This document shows, piece by piece, positions 30,054 through 39,398 of a DNA stretch of 64,000 bases (positions within the stretch are counted from its first letter, which is position 1; the number at the start of each line of letters is the position of its first letter). The notes below the pieces were generated by a model, which was not told the origin of the DNA, made no database searches, and was given only the letters and a program-made list of their open reading frames with translations. The stretch comes from an uncultured bacterium. GTDB lineage: Bacteria > Zhuqueibacterota > QNDG01 > DSAB01. The stretch covers positions 10,130 to 74,129 of the forward strand of contig CAZTZL010000003.1 of assembly GCA_964617625.1 (NCBI GenBank), written 5' to 3'. The position numbers and the translations under genes were made by a program.

Positions 30054-30431
30054 CTAATCTTCGAGTTTGTAAATTCGTTCCATCAATTGCCATTTTTCAT
30101 TCGCGGTATCGTTTGAAGATGCTTTTTGAAACCTTGCTACCCAGGTTTCCCATTCGCTCTGGCGGGGTTTTTGAGCAAGCTCGGCCATGGCCTGTTCATG
30201 ATCGAAATTCGGAACTGTGTCCATGATCATAAACAACCGGTTCTGGTATAAATAGATTTCCATATCGAGGATCCCAACTTCTCGCATCCCTCGTGTAATT
30301 TCAGGCCAGGCCGATCCGGGAGCGTGAACCTTTTTATATTCTTCGATCAGATTCGGGTCGTTAACCAGTTCCAAGGTCTTGCAATAGCGTTTTACTTTGT
30401 TTGCAGGAAATTCAACTATATATTCGCGCAT
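30054..30431 (-). CDS. L-rhamnose mutarotase family (RhaM/DUF718-like) sugar mutarotase
   Basis: 125 aa. EEYKKVHAPGSAWPEITRGMREVGILDMEIYLYQNRLFMIMDT parallels the E. coli RhaM core (H...WPE...IY...LF). Confidence 0.6.
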   Translation of the reverse strand: MREYIVEFPANKVKRYCKTLELVNDPNLIEEYKKVHAPGSAWPEITRGMREVGILDMEIYLYQNRLFMIMDTVPNFDHEQAMAELAQKPRQSEWETWVARFQKASSNDTANEKWQLMERIYKLED

Positions 30432-30500
30432 ATTTAAATCCTTTAAAGAAATACTTTTTCATTTGACTTGAGATGGTTTTTTTATAGAACTCAAGGCTGA

Positions 30501-31646
30501 TTAGATTTTGATTCGTATTTGTAAGGCTTCCGGGATCGAGTCTTCCGAAGCGACAACGATATATCCACCTCCGCTCCCGGAAAATATTGCGCCTGGATAG
30601 GAAGCGTACCTTTCTAATTGCTCAAGTGATTCGTCCAAAACAGTCATCGGCAGAAGATGTTTCCAGGCTTCCAAACTCAGTGTGAGTGATCGCCCCAAAC
30701 CCATGACATCTTTGTTTCGGATACTCTGCCAGCACAATTCACCAGACTCAGCCAGTTTTTTGACCCATTCAACTGTCAGGTTTTTGTTCCGGATTGGATC
30801 GTACTGTGTCGGTCTGGACTGAATGGGAATCAAATGAATCACTTTTTCAAGCCATTCGGCCGTCTCTCTGTCTGTGAGAGAGTCAATCCGGCTTGGCCAG
30901 TAATCTCCTTCGTAAAACAACCGGTTAATTCCCGGCAGGAGTAAACCGAGATGATCCTGAGAACCCGAAACGTACCGTGCGCCTGGTGGATTCTCCGCTC
31001 CGAAAAGCAATTTGGCATTGCGTACCGGATCGCCCTTCGGTATCCTGTCCCCCCAAAGTTCCTGGGCCACCTTCCTTGAGCTGGTAGCCATTCCCGATCT
31101 TTCATGAAAATCAATGTTCGGCTTGATCTGCGCCACGATAACGGGTCCGGGATGTAGTTCGGATACCCAGGGCTGATCCAGCCACCCTCCTGCAAGACAG
31201 ATGCGGTACGGCAACCGCAGGTTTTTTTTAATTTCCGAACTCGCCCGTGCAGTCAAACCGCTTTCAGGAACGCGGTCGAGCACAATGTAATCCACGCCAT
31301 TTTCCTTGCAGAGCTTATCTTTTCCTTCAGTGTGACCATCAGAATTGACAATGAAAACCTCCGGCCGTAAACGAACCAAATCTGGTTTAAAATCAAGAAT
31401 GCCGCTGCCAGAACTCAAGAACGCCTGATGAACATAACGAATGGCGTTTACCATGTAGAGACGTTCTTCCTGAGAAAAGGTTGGCGTTTTCCCTTTCAGG
31501 TGTCTGATATTTTGATCACTGCCGACTGCGACATACAATTCTCCATAACCAGACGCTTCTTTAAAAAACGCGACATGCCCCGCATGCAGCAAATCAAAAC
31601 ATCCGCTAACGAGAACCTTTTTTCTCTTTGATATGGATTTCCCCAT
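30501..31646 (-). CDS. bifunctional cytidylyltransferase-like nucleotidyltransferase / GHMP-family anomeric sugar kinase
   Basis: The N-terminal domain reads KKVLVSGCFDLLHAGHVAFFKEA, the (H/T)xGH motif of the PF01467 CTP-transferase-like family (TagD / HldE domain II type). The C-terminal domain carries LPYRICLAGGWLD, ERSGMATSS (GHMP motif II-like) and SGSGGGYIVV (GHMP motif III). The start at Met29 (ATG 31646..31644) overlaps the TGA of the upstream epimerase by 1 nt. Confidence 0.6.
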   Translation of the reverse strand: MGKSISKRKKVLVSGCFDLLHAGHVAFFKEASGYGELYVAVGSDQNIRHLKGKTPTFSQEERLYMVNAIRYVHQAFLSSGSGILDFKPDLVRLRPEVFIVNSDGHTEGKDKLCKENGVDYIVLDRVPESGLTARASSEIKKNLRLPYRICLAGGWLDQPWVSELHPGPVIVAQIKPNIDFHERSGMATSSRKVAQELWGDRIPKGDPVRNAKLLFGAENPPGARYVSGSQDHLGLLLPGINRLFYEGDYWPSRIDSLTDRETAEWLEKVIHLIPIQSRPTQYDPIRNKNLTVEWVKKLAESGELCWQSIRNKDVMGLGRSLTLSLEAWKHLLPMTVLDESLEQLERYASYPGAIFSGSGGGYIVVASEDSIPEALQIRIKI

Positions 31647-32626
31647 CACGCCTGCTTTGCGGTCATCCGCGAGTAAATCCAATTGTACGTTTGTTTCATC
31701 CCTTCTCTCAAAGAAATGGAAGGCTCCCAATTCAAATACTCTTTAATCAGGGCATTGTCGCTGTTTCGGCCGCGAACGCCTTTGGGTGCGTCGAGGTCGT
31801 ACTTCCGCTGCAGTTTGATTCCGGCAATGTTTTCAACGATATCTGTCAAGGCGTTGATGGACACCATTTCACTTGAACCCAGATTGATCGGTTCCTCGAT
31901 CCGGCTGGTCATGATGTCGAAGATTCCCTTGATGCAATCATCGATGTACATAAAACTGCGGGTCTGTAAACCGTCTCCCCAGATCACAATTTCATGTTTG
32001 CCAGACAGTTGGGCTTCGATGACTTTACGACATATAGCCGCGGGTGCTTTCTCCCGACCGCCTTCGTACGTACCGAATGGTCCGTACACATTGTGAAACC
32101 GGGCGACGCGGGTGGTCAATCCATAATCCTCCCTGAAATGCCGGCACATCCGCTCGCTAAACAGTTTCTCCCAACCATAACCGTCTTCGGCCAGAGCAGG
32201 ATAGGCGTCGGATTCTTTCAGGCCGGGATTGTCCGGATCGGTCTGTTTCTCGCCGTTATACACACATGCGGAGGACGAATAAAAATACCGGTCCACGCCC
32301 ATGTCCTTCGCGGCCATGAGAAGATGGGTATTGATCAGCACACTGATCATGCATGCCGCTTTGTGGGTTTCAATAAATCCCATACCGCCCATGTCTGCGG
32401 CCAGATTGTAGACTTCGTTGAATCCTTTGACCGCTTGGTAGCAGTTCTCTTTCTCTCGAAGATCGAGAACCAAATTCTCCGTATCCGGAAATACCTGGTA
32501 CCATTCGTTTAATGGTTTGATGTCTACCGCACGGATGAGATGATTCTTTTTCTTACTCAAGGCGGAGACCAGATGCCCCCCAATAAATCCCCCTGCTCCG
32601 GCAACAACGACTTTATTCATTTCCAT
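31646..32626 (-). CDS. GDP-mannose 3,5-epimerase-like SDR (NDP-sugar epimerase)
   Basis: 326 aa. VVAGAGGFIGGHL is the Rossmann motif. NLAADMGGMGFI, FYSSSACVYN, GYGWEKL, FHNVYGPFGTYEGGREKAPAA, WGDGLQTRSF and GVRGRNSDN are near-identical to plant GME blocks as I recall them. Confidence 0.7.
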   Translation of the reverse strand: MEMNKVVVAGAGGFIGGHLVSALSKKKNHLIRAVDIKPLNEWYQVFPDTENLVLDLREKENCYQAVKGFNEVYNLAADMGGMGFIETHKAACMISVLINTHLLMAAKDMGVDRYFYSSSACVYNGEKQTDPDNPGLKESDAYPALAEDGYGWEKLFSERMCRHFREDYGLTTRVARFHNVYGPFGTYEGGREKAPAAICRKVIEAQLSGKHEIVIWGDGLQTRSFMYIDDCIKGIFDIMTSRIEEPINLGSSEMVSINALTDIVENIAGIKLQRKYDLDAPKGVRGRNSDNALIKEYLNWEPSISLREGMKQTYNWIYSRMTAKQA

Positions 32627-32872
32627 TCAGACTTTTTCCCATCATTTAAATTGGTTTTGAGTGAGTAAACTAAAACCGGTACCGCGTGTTGGTAAAGGAC
32701 ATTCTGATTTTAAACAAGCACAATCAATATGCCCCATTGGATTTTCAAAAATTAGTAATGCAGTTTATAATATCCTCAACGGAACCGGTTTTTGCCTTAT
32801 TTGATTTCAAATAAATGTACCGATGAACGTCGGCCATCAAAATGTTATATCATATTTTTATGGATATTTTTT

Positions 32873-34618
32873 TTAATCTCCCAGCCAGGCGGAAAGGTTT
32901 TGCGAGGGAATCAGGATTCTGGTAATGTCAGGTCCATCCCACGCAACAGATACGTTATCGCCTCCACCGCCTTCTTTGTGAAGTACTTCAATATAGTATA
33001 ATTTTCCGGCTTCCAGTTCAAAATCGGTGGAATGTTGAGATGGATACTCATCGTAGGACCGGTTTCCGGTCCAAATGTCCACCCTTGCAATTTCTGCTTT
33101 CGATTCCGGGTTTTCGTTCATACTGAGCAACAACTGGGAGGCATCATCACTGGCGATCCAGAATGAATAGGTGCCGCTGACGTCCGGACGGACAAATCCC
33201 CTCAGACGCGATCCATAATTTTCACCGAAATTTTGCGGTCCCTCCATTTGACTAAGGTACTGCCTCCCACTCGGGAAATCTGGAAATCTCGGATCTAAAG
33301 TTAAACTGCCTATTGTCGTTCCATTCATGTTGTTCCACCACTCCCGGAGAATGTGCCCGTCGTAGGATTGGACGGTTTGGACCAGAACAGTATCCGCAAA
33401 ACCATTGGCGGTGTCTTTCACGATCAAAAGCGTATTGCCTTCGGCTCCCGCGAGAAGAGTGGCCTCGGAAAAACCAGCTTCGAGCGGCTCCACAGTCATG
33501 ATTTCCGGATCTGCGGAAAACCACTCGTACATCGGAGTGGTGTTTCCACTCTGGGAGTAAGCCCTCACTATTCGCGGTACATTTACGCCGGCAATCAGGG
33601 AGTCGACTCCTTCTGGCTCAGCCGATGTCCAATTAACAGCTATTCCCGTTTCCAAATCTTCGAATTGGCTTGCATCGAACGAGTTTTTCATCGTGGAGCC
33701 TGTCCCATTATAAGCATTGGCGGAAATGGACATTTCAACTTGCTGCGTTCCCGTTCCTCTCAGCGAAGACTGATAGGAAATCCAATAAAAACTATCCGCA
33801 AATTTGGTGATGGATGTCTGGGTTTGGGTGAAGGCTTCGACAAGTTGGTTTGTATCGGAAACAATGAGAAATCCGCGGGTTCCGATCTGATTCAGAAAAT
33901 CCCGATCCAGATCGCTGCCGAGACCGATGGTATAGACGTTCGCAAATTGTGAGGTATATATGACCTCTTCTTTGCTCTTTTCGTTTTCAGTGTCATCCCC
34001 GGCTGTAAAAACCACCAAATTCCCCTGTTGAAAGACTCCCAGGTTGTAAACTTCACTGTATAGATTAAATCCCCGCGATATAGCCCCGTACAGATTTCTC
34101 TCTGCTGAACCCGTTGTTATCCCATCAATCGCACTGATCAACTGAGTGGAATTCTGAGTAAAATCTTGTACCATATTTAATGTGCCTGAAAAAACATAAA
34201 CCGCAATTGACTGCATCGAAGCAATACCGTTTATAAAAGCCCGGACGGCTTCTTTTAAAACGTCCAGGTTAATTCCCGCGCTGACGTCCAACAACAGGAT
34301 CGTGTTCAAATTATAGTCGAACGTATTCTGTTTTCGGACAAACAAGGCCGCCTCGTCCGGATCTATGGACGTTCCGTTTTCCTTGATTGAAAAGCGGTCA
34401 ACGGTTAAAAAATCCACTGCCGTTCTGGAAGTGTCAACCACGTTGAAGAACAGGTGCACTTCATGCGGAGGGGAGGTCACCACACCGTGCGGCAGGATGA
34501 TGTACTCGCCCACATCGATAGCATGATTCTGGTCTTCGGGTCCGACCGTATCGCTCTTGTTACATTGGATGAAGCAAAAGGTTGCGATGACCAGCACGAA
34601 AAGAATTACATTCCTCAT
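32873..34618 (-). CDS. lipoprotein with vWA-like domain and C-terminal PA14 domain
   Basis: 581 aa. Signal peptide and lipobox IQCN. ILLLDVSAG region is MIDAS-like. C-terminal GENYGSRLRGFVRPDVSGTYSFWIASDDASQLLLSMNE...YYIEVLHKEGGGGD is a PA14 signature. Confidence 0.5.
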   Translation of the reverse strand: MRNVILFVLVIATFCFIQCNKSDTVGPEDQNHAIDVGEYIILPHGVVTSPPHEVHLFFNVVDTSRTAVDFLTVDRFSIKENGTSIDPDEAALFVRKQNTFDYNLNTILLLDVSAGINLDVLKEAVRAFINGIASMQSIAVYVFSGTLNMVQDFTQNSTQLISAIDGITTGSAERNLYGAISRGFNLYSEVYNLGVFQQGNLVVFTAGDDTENEKSKEEVIYTSQFANVYTIGLGSDLDRDFLNQIGTRGFLIVSDTNQLVEAFTQTQTSITKFADSFYWISYQSSLRGTGTQQVEMSISANAYNGTGSTMKNSFDASQFEDLETGIAVNWTSAEPEGVDSLIAGVNVPRIVRAYSQSGNTTPMYEWFSADPEIMTVEPLEAGFSEATLLAGAEGNTLLIVKDTANGFADTVLVQTVQSYDGHILREWWNNMNGTTIGSLTLDPRFPDFPSGRQYLSQMEGPQNFGENYGSRLRGFVRPDVSGTYSFWIASDDASQLLLSMNENPESKAEIARVDIWTGNRSYDEYPSQHSTDFELEAGKLYYIEVLHKEGGGGDNVSVAWDGPDITRILIPSQNLSAWLGD

Positions 34619-34659
34619 CTCTTACCTCCAATCTGACATCAAACGCATGACATCCTTTT

Positions 34660-35721
34660 CTAAAACGTCATGCCGGCGGTGAACATGGAATAATTCCCCA
34701 GGAGACCTATCGTTTTATAGGCGTAATCCAACTTTAATTCCTTGTTGTTCATCAAGGCCCAGTGAATGCCTCCGCCGAAGGTCCATCCATATTCCGAGCT
34801 GTCCATGAAGAGACCGTGATAGCCGGCTCTTAAGAAGAATTTAGCCATTCCCGGTAGACTCAACCGGTATTCTCCGCCCAAGTTGATCGATTCGCTGTTG
34901 TTATTGGGATGAAGTGCATCCATAGCGAAGCACAATTGATGATTGAGAGTTTTTATTGGAATCACCGACACACCGATTCTGAAGATCAGGGGAAGTTCCC
35001 AGGACTGAAGTCGGAATTGACCCTCAACATCTTTAAAGTTGCCGCTTTCTTCAGGAGAAATATCGATGGGCTGCAGAAGGTCCATCCCGTCGTATTTCAT
35101 TCGGGTACCGTAGTTGGAAATGCTCATGCCGATGGAAAGGCCGTTTTCCCGGTTTCCGTCCGGAGAAAAGAAAGTGGTATTGACCATGACCCCCAGATCC
35201 AGAGCCGCCGCGCTTGCTTTCATATGCCAGATACTGGAATTAATGTATTTGAAAGAAATACCAAATCCAAACCATTGAGCCAGTTTCCGGGCGTATGAAA
35301 GACTCGCTGCGATGTCCATCGCCGAATAGGATTCACCCGTTCCCTCCTGCATTTCCATGGTCGTTACAGGGGTGTTTCCGTAATTCAAGGCTGTGTAAGA
35401 GAGGGCAATCGTCCCATAATTGGGCAAAACCACAGCCACACCTCCATGACTGAAATTGATGTCGATAATCCAGGATTGATAGACGAACTGGACTTCATTA
35501 AGGGTTAAATAAGAAAGTCCTGCCGGATTCCAATACACGGACGAAAGATCCCGCGCGACACTGACATAGGCTTCGCCCATGGCACATCCGGCACTTTCGG
35601 CACCAATTTCAAGAAAATTGGCGGTCGTTGTTCCCACACGATAGGGTTTGGACTGTGCCCAAACTTGAACGCTGCACAACAACCCCGTGGTGAGCAATAG
35701 TGCAAATCGTTTTTTGTTCAT
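34660..35721 (-). CDS. porV: PorV-like (FadL-fold) T9SS outer-membrane beta-barrel shuttle protein
   Basis: 353 aa. Signal peptide. N-terminal TTANFLEIGAESAGCAMGEAYVSVARDLSSVYWNPAGL is the pattern conserved in PorV/LptO proteins. Ends in aromatic residues typical of beta-barrel OMPs. Sits directly downstream of a large protein bearing a T9SS C-terminal domain. Confidence 0.55.
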   Translation of the reverse strand: MNKKRFALLLTTGLLCSVQVWAQSKPYRVGTTTANFLEIGAESAGCAMGEAYVSVARDLSSVYWNPAGLSYLTLNEVQFVYQSWIIDINFSHGGVAVVLPNYGTIALSYTALNYGNTPVTTMEMQEGTGESYSAMDIAASLSYARKLAQWFGFGISFKYINSSIWHMKASAAALDLGVMVNTTFFSPDGNRENGLSIGMSISNYGTRMKYDGMDLLQPIDISPEESGNFKDVEGQFRLQSWELPLIFRIGVSVIPIKTLNHQLCFAMDALHPNNNSESINLGGEYRLSLPGMAKFFLRAGYHGLFMDSSEYGWTFGGGIHWALMNNKELKLDYAYKTIGLLGNYSMFTAGMTF

Positions 35722-35767
35722 ATCTCATCTCCTGTGATTGGAATGAATGGACATTCCAACAATTTCA

Positions 35768-38700
35768 TTACTTTATAACCGCAAATTTACCGATTTTTTC
35801 ATCCCCGGTTGCGTTGGATTTGACATGGAAAATGTACATCCCGGCCGCGATTTCAAGTCCCTCGCGGGATAACAAATTCCAGTGGACGATTCCATTGGAT
35901 GGTTCGTTGGCCACGTCGATTTTGTCGACCAATACGCCCGATGGGGTAAAAATACGGATCACACAGTTGGCCGGAATATGCGTGAAAAGGAGCCTCCGGC
36001 CCTGGTTCAAATATGGATTAGCCACTGCCGTCTCCATCAAGTTGGTTGCAATATATGGATTAGGCACTACTTTGATTGAATCCATTGACATTTTTAGTTT
36101 TGATTTGTCCATATCCTTCGCCGGATTGATTGTAAAGACCAAAGAATCCGATTCCGCAAGCGGTTTATGAAAAGATATTCGATAGGTATCACCCATTGTT
36201 GTCGGATTGCTGTTGCTCCCAGTTTGGATGAAATCGAAACCAAAGATCGTCCCGCTCCACCAGAACTTGTCGTCAACCTGATTGACATAACCTACAAGGA
36301 ATCGATCCGTATCCCAGTCAAGTGAACCATTTTCATTGACATCATACAAAACACAATCCAATTTTTCATAGTTGTTCAAACTGTCCTTGATTAAATTATT
36401 AATGATATAAAACGGATACTTCAGCCCCAATACACTATTCGTGGTTTTTACCAGGGTACCATCCACATCATAAATGCTGGTGTGCCTATTGGTTAGCGAC
36501 TGATATTCCTGGCTGGGATCGAATACAATTTCGTATTGATAAGCAAAATATTGTGCCGCAGGACCCAATTGAAAATTGATGGGTGCCTCTCCCTGAATCC
36601 AACCAGTATGATCCAGATCCAATTCGACGGAATCAGAAGGAATCGAGACATTGCATTGGAGTCCCTGAAAAACATCGGTAGTGATATTGCGGTTGGCTGG
36701 ATATTCCCAGACTTCTTTATCGGTACTGTATTGTAAATTGTTATCCGGGAAACCACTCTCGGCATTCTCTACATAAACACGCTGGCTTGTTTGTGTAATA
36801 TCATAAACCTCAATGCCGGATGTCACCCGTTTTCCGTCTCTAATGGATCTTCTTGCCTGCGTTCGTTCATAAAATTCCATTGGAGTGCTTTGAAACGTCA
36901 ATTTATAAGTGTGACCCTTCTCAGCTGCACTCGGATCGATAATTGCGGGGATGACCTGACCGTTCGCCAGTCGTTCCGACGAACGTCCTGTATCGATATC
37001 AATTTCAGGTGGCACATAACCCGCTGCCATTTGTCTTGGCATCACAATCTGGATGTTTTGTCCCAAGAAAGTAATGTTTTCCGATTCGTCCTGATAGATA
37101 TGTACCGTGTTTTCGGCCGGGGCAATATCGAGGTCTTCGACGCCATAATCATAGGCGACCAGTGCGTAATAATAAGTTCTGCCGTTTTGAACGTCAGTAT
37201 CCTCGAAATAATGCCGGATTCCCGTGTCGTCGCCCAGATACACGAGATGACCTTCCCGCTCTCCTCCGAAACTGCAGTAACCTGTAATTGTATCGATTTT
37301 ATCACATTGAAAAAGCGGCGCGCGGAATTTCTTGGCCCCTTGCCCGTCGGTAATGGTTATAGGATCGGATATAAATTTATCCGTTGATTTATACAATTTA
37401 TATCCTTCAAAATCATTGATATTCTGCAGAAGGGGTTCACGGGTTTTTGTATCGGCGGCGTCATCCCAGGTGAGGGTGACTTTCCCATCCCCCGGAATGG
37501 CGGACAAGGTTGGCATCACAGGAGGCTGGGCGAACTGGTAATCGCGCTCATAGATAATCTGGGCCACCTCTTTGAGCCGGAACAGATTCGGCGCCCGGTG
37601 TTCCGAGGCGTTGAGCACAGCAAGGTTTTCATACGCACACATGAACGCCATCGACACCCTTTCGGTATGGCCCTTATAAAACTCAAAAGGCGAAGAGGCA
37701 AAAATCATGTATATCGATCCTACGGATCCTGCGATGAGAAATTCGGACAGCGAATCGGAATTCATCACATTCCATACATTTTTGTCTTCATCGATCGTTA
37801 AATTCAAGGTGTTCTGCCACTCTGCCCAATCGAACAACAGAAAGCTGGTCAGCCCGACCATGTCCGATTCGCCGACGTCCTGCGGCCCGAAATTGGGTTC
37901 ACCTTTGGTAGCAATGAAATCCGGTTTGTGGTTGCACTCGGTTCCATCAAGATCCGGGCCATAGTAGTTTAAATCGCCTGGTCCGACACCGTCAATGCCA
38001 ACATCATCACCCACAAATGCTCCGGATTCAAGAATCCAGATCCCATGGTCATCCTGATCGGCGTATTGTCCATCATTGTCCGGATCAATTCCGTCCTGCC
38101 AATCCTGATCCTCATCACCCTCCCAATGTTCTTTGGGCTCACGGTGATAGAAATTGCTAAATTTGTACGTATCGATGAGTTTCCCGTCAACCCCGACATT
38201 GGGACCAACCCATTCACCTGCTGGATTATCTCGCCTTTCATCAATGATACCATCGTCGTCATCATCAATCCCGTTATAGGCTTTGCCCGGGCTTTCCAGA
38301 TAGGCGTACCCCATGGTTCCCGGCATGCGTCCGCCTTCCCCTTGGCCCATCTGTTCCCAGACATAGCACAGATCGAGTACTTTATCGCGATAACCGACCT
38401 CATTTTCCCCGCTGGCATCGCCTCCGATACTGTTATCGATGTAATATCCGAAACCGCTTAACGGCAAGTTATAATCGGAGACATTGGAGATATTGTACTC
38501 CCAGAAAACAATGTCCTGGGCCTCAATATTGGACCACTGGTATCCCCGCACTTCAATACGGAGACCGAGACCGCCCCACGGTAACCCCTTTTGGATAGTA
38601 ACATTGGGATCAAAATCTCCGATGACTCTTCCAGGCCTGGGATGGTAGCGGGGCCCGTCGGTGATGAGTTTTTCTTCCGGGTCATTGCGCTGGATGATAT

Positions 38701-39334
38701 ATTCCATGTCCTGCGCGTCATTGGCCACAAAATACGATTCCAGGTCTGCCTTTACAAGACCTCTGCCGTATCGTCCGAACCATTCGCCCTGCCACACTCT
38801 GGTGAAACCGGTTAAAGGCCATCCTGCCGGAGGCCACGAATCGGGATTGTCGCTCATGGCCACGTTATCCTGAGCCTCGTTGCAATAACCCGGTACAGGA
38901 TAAATCCCCCATTCCACGGTTCCGTCGTAATTCAAATCCGGTTGGGCATCAGCATAAGAATGGGATTGTAGAAAGTACAATGTGTCGATGGCACCGGTTT
39001 CATTCAATCGGGGATCGTTCAAATTGTCGACGGGAATGGAATCGTTATACACATAAACCTGGCTCCCCACCAATACTGAGGCGACATCGATCATCCGCTG
39101 ACCTGTGTAATCATTCGGCCACCGGCTTGTGCCGACTGTGGGGTAATCTGCGATCTGCGTGTTGTTTTCAAAATAAAGCAGCAGCCGGTTTGAGTTCATG
39201 TAGCTGGAACGGATAGCAGAGATATCACCTGCCGGATCTTCTGGACCTGTGTACTCGTTGCCCTGAGCCAACAAGCTGGATACGCATAATGCCATCCACA
39301 AGCATGCTACAAGAAATTTAGTCCTTATTTTCAT
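35768..39334 (-). CDS. large secreted protein with T9SS C-terminal sorting domain, Asp-rich Ca-binding-like repeats and FN3-like domain; candidate PorU-like by synteny
   Basis: 1188 aa. Signal peptide. DxDxDG-type stretches (GIDDDDDGIIDE, GIDPDNDGQYADQDDHG, GDDVGIDGVGPGDLNYYGPDLDG). An FN3-like KVTLTWDD. A C-terminal roughly 80-aa tail ...CVIRIFTPSGVLVDKI...GMYIFHVKSNATGDEKIGKFAVIK typical of a Por_Secre_tail. Gene order large-CTD-protein then PorV is as in porU-porV. The C25 catalytic His/Cys could not be confirmed. Confidence 0.4.
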   Translation of the reverse strand: MKIRTKFLVACLWMALCVSSLLAQGNEYTGPEDPAGDISAIRSSYMNSNRLLLYFENNTQIADYPTVGTSRWPNDYTGQRMIDVASVLVGSQVYVYNDSIPVDNLNDPRLNETGAIDTLYFLQSHSYADAQPDLNYDGTVEWGIYPVPGYCNEAQDNVAMSDNPDSWPPAGWPLTGFTRVWQGEWFGRYGRGLVKADLESYFVANDAQDMEYIIQRNDPEEKLITDGPRYHPRPGRVIGDFDPNVTIQKGLPWGGLGLRIEVRGYQWSNIEAQDIVFWEYNISNVSDYNLPLSGFGYYIDNSIGGDASGENEVGYRDKVLDLCYVWEQMGQGEGGRMPGTMGYAYLESPGKAYNGIDDDDDGIIDERRDNPAGEWVGPNVGVDGKLIDTYKFSNFYHREPKEHWEGDEDQDWQDGIDPDNDGQYADQDDHGIWILESGAFVGDDVGIDGVGPGDLNYYGPDLDGTECNHKPDFIATKGEPNFGPQDVGESDMVGLTSFLLFDWAEWQNTLNLTIDEDKNVWNVMNSDSLSEFLIAGSVGSIYMIFASSPFEFYKGHTERVSMAFMCAYENLAVLNASEHRAPNLFRLKEVAQIIYERDYQFAQPPVMPTLSAIPGDGKVTLTWDDAADTKTREPLLQNINDFEGYKLYKSTDKFISDPITITDGQGAKKFRAPLFQCDKIDTITGYCSFGGEREGHLVYLGDDTGIRHYFEDTDVQNGRTYYYALVAYDYGVEDLDIAPAENTVHIYQDESENITFLGQNIQIVMPRQMAAGYVPPEIDIDTGRSSERLANGQVIPAIIDPSAAEKGHTYKLTFQSTPMEFYERTQARRSIRDGKRVTSGIEVYDITQTSQRVYVENAESGFPDNNLQYSTDKEVWEYPANRNITTDVFQGLQCNVSIPSDSVELDLDHTGWIQGEAPINFQLGPAAQYFAYQYEIVFDPSQEYQSLTNRHTSIYDVDGTLVKTTNSVLGLKYPFYIINNLIKDSLNNYEKLDCVLYDVNENGSLDWDTDRFLVGYVNQVDDKFWWSGTIFGFDFIQTGSNSNPTTMGDTYRISFHKPLAESDSLVFTINPAKDMDKSKLKMSMDSIKVVPNPYIATNLMETAVANPYLNQGRRLLFTHIPANCVIRIFTPSGVLVDKIDVANEPSNGIVHWNLLSREGLEIAAGMYIFHVKSNATGDEKIGKFAVIK

Positions 39335-39398
39335 ACCACTGTCTCCTAAATTATCTGATTTGTTTCATCCTGGCAAATAAGATATCATTGATCATTGT

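Noticed and set aside
31994-32512. 172-aa plus-strand ORF
   Set aside because: Antisense to the GME-like epimerase.
35768-39334. Metalloprotease (M6/InhA-like) assignment for the 1188-aa CTD protein
   Set aside because: No HExxH or other zincin motif was found on reading the full translation.
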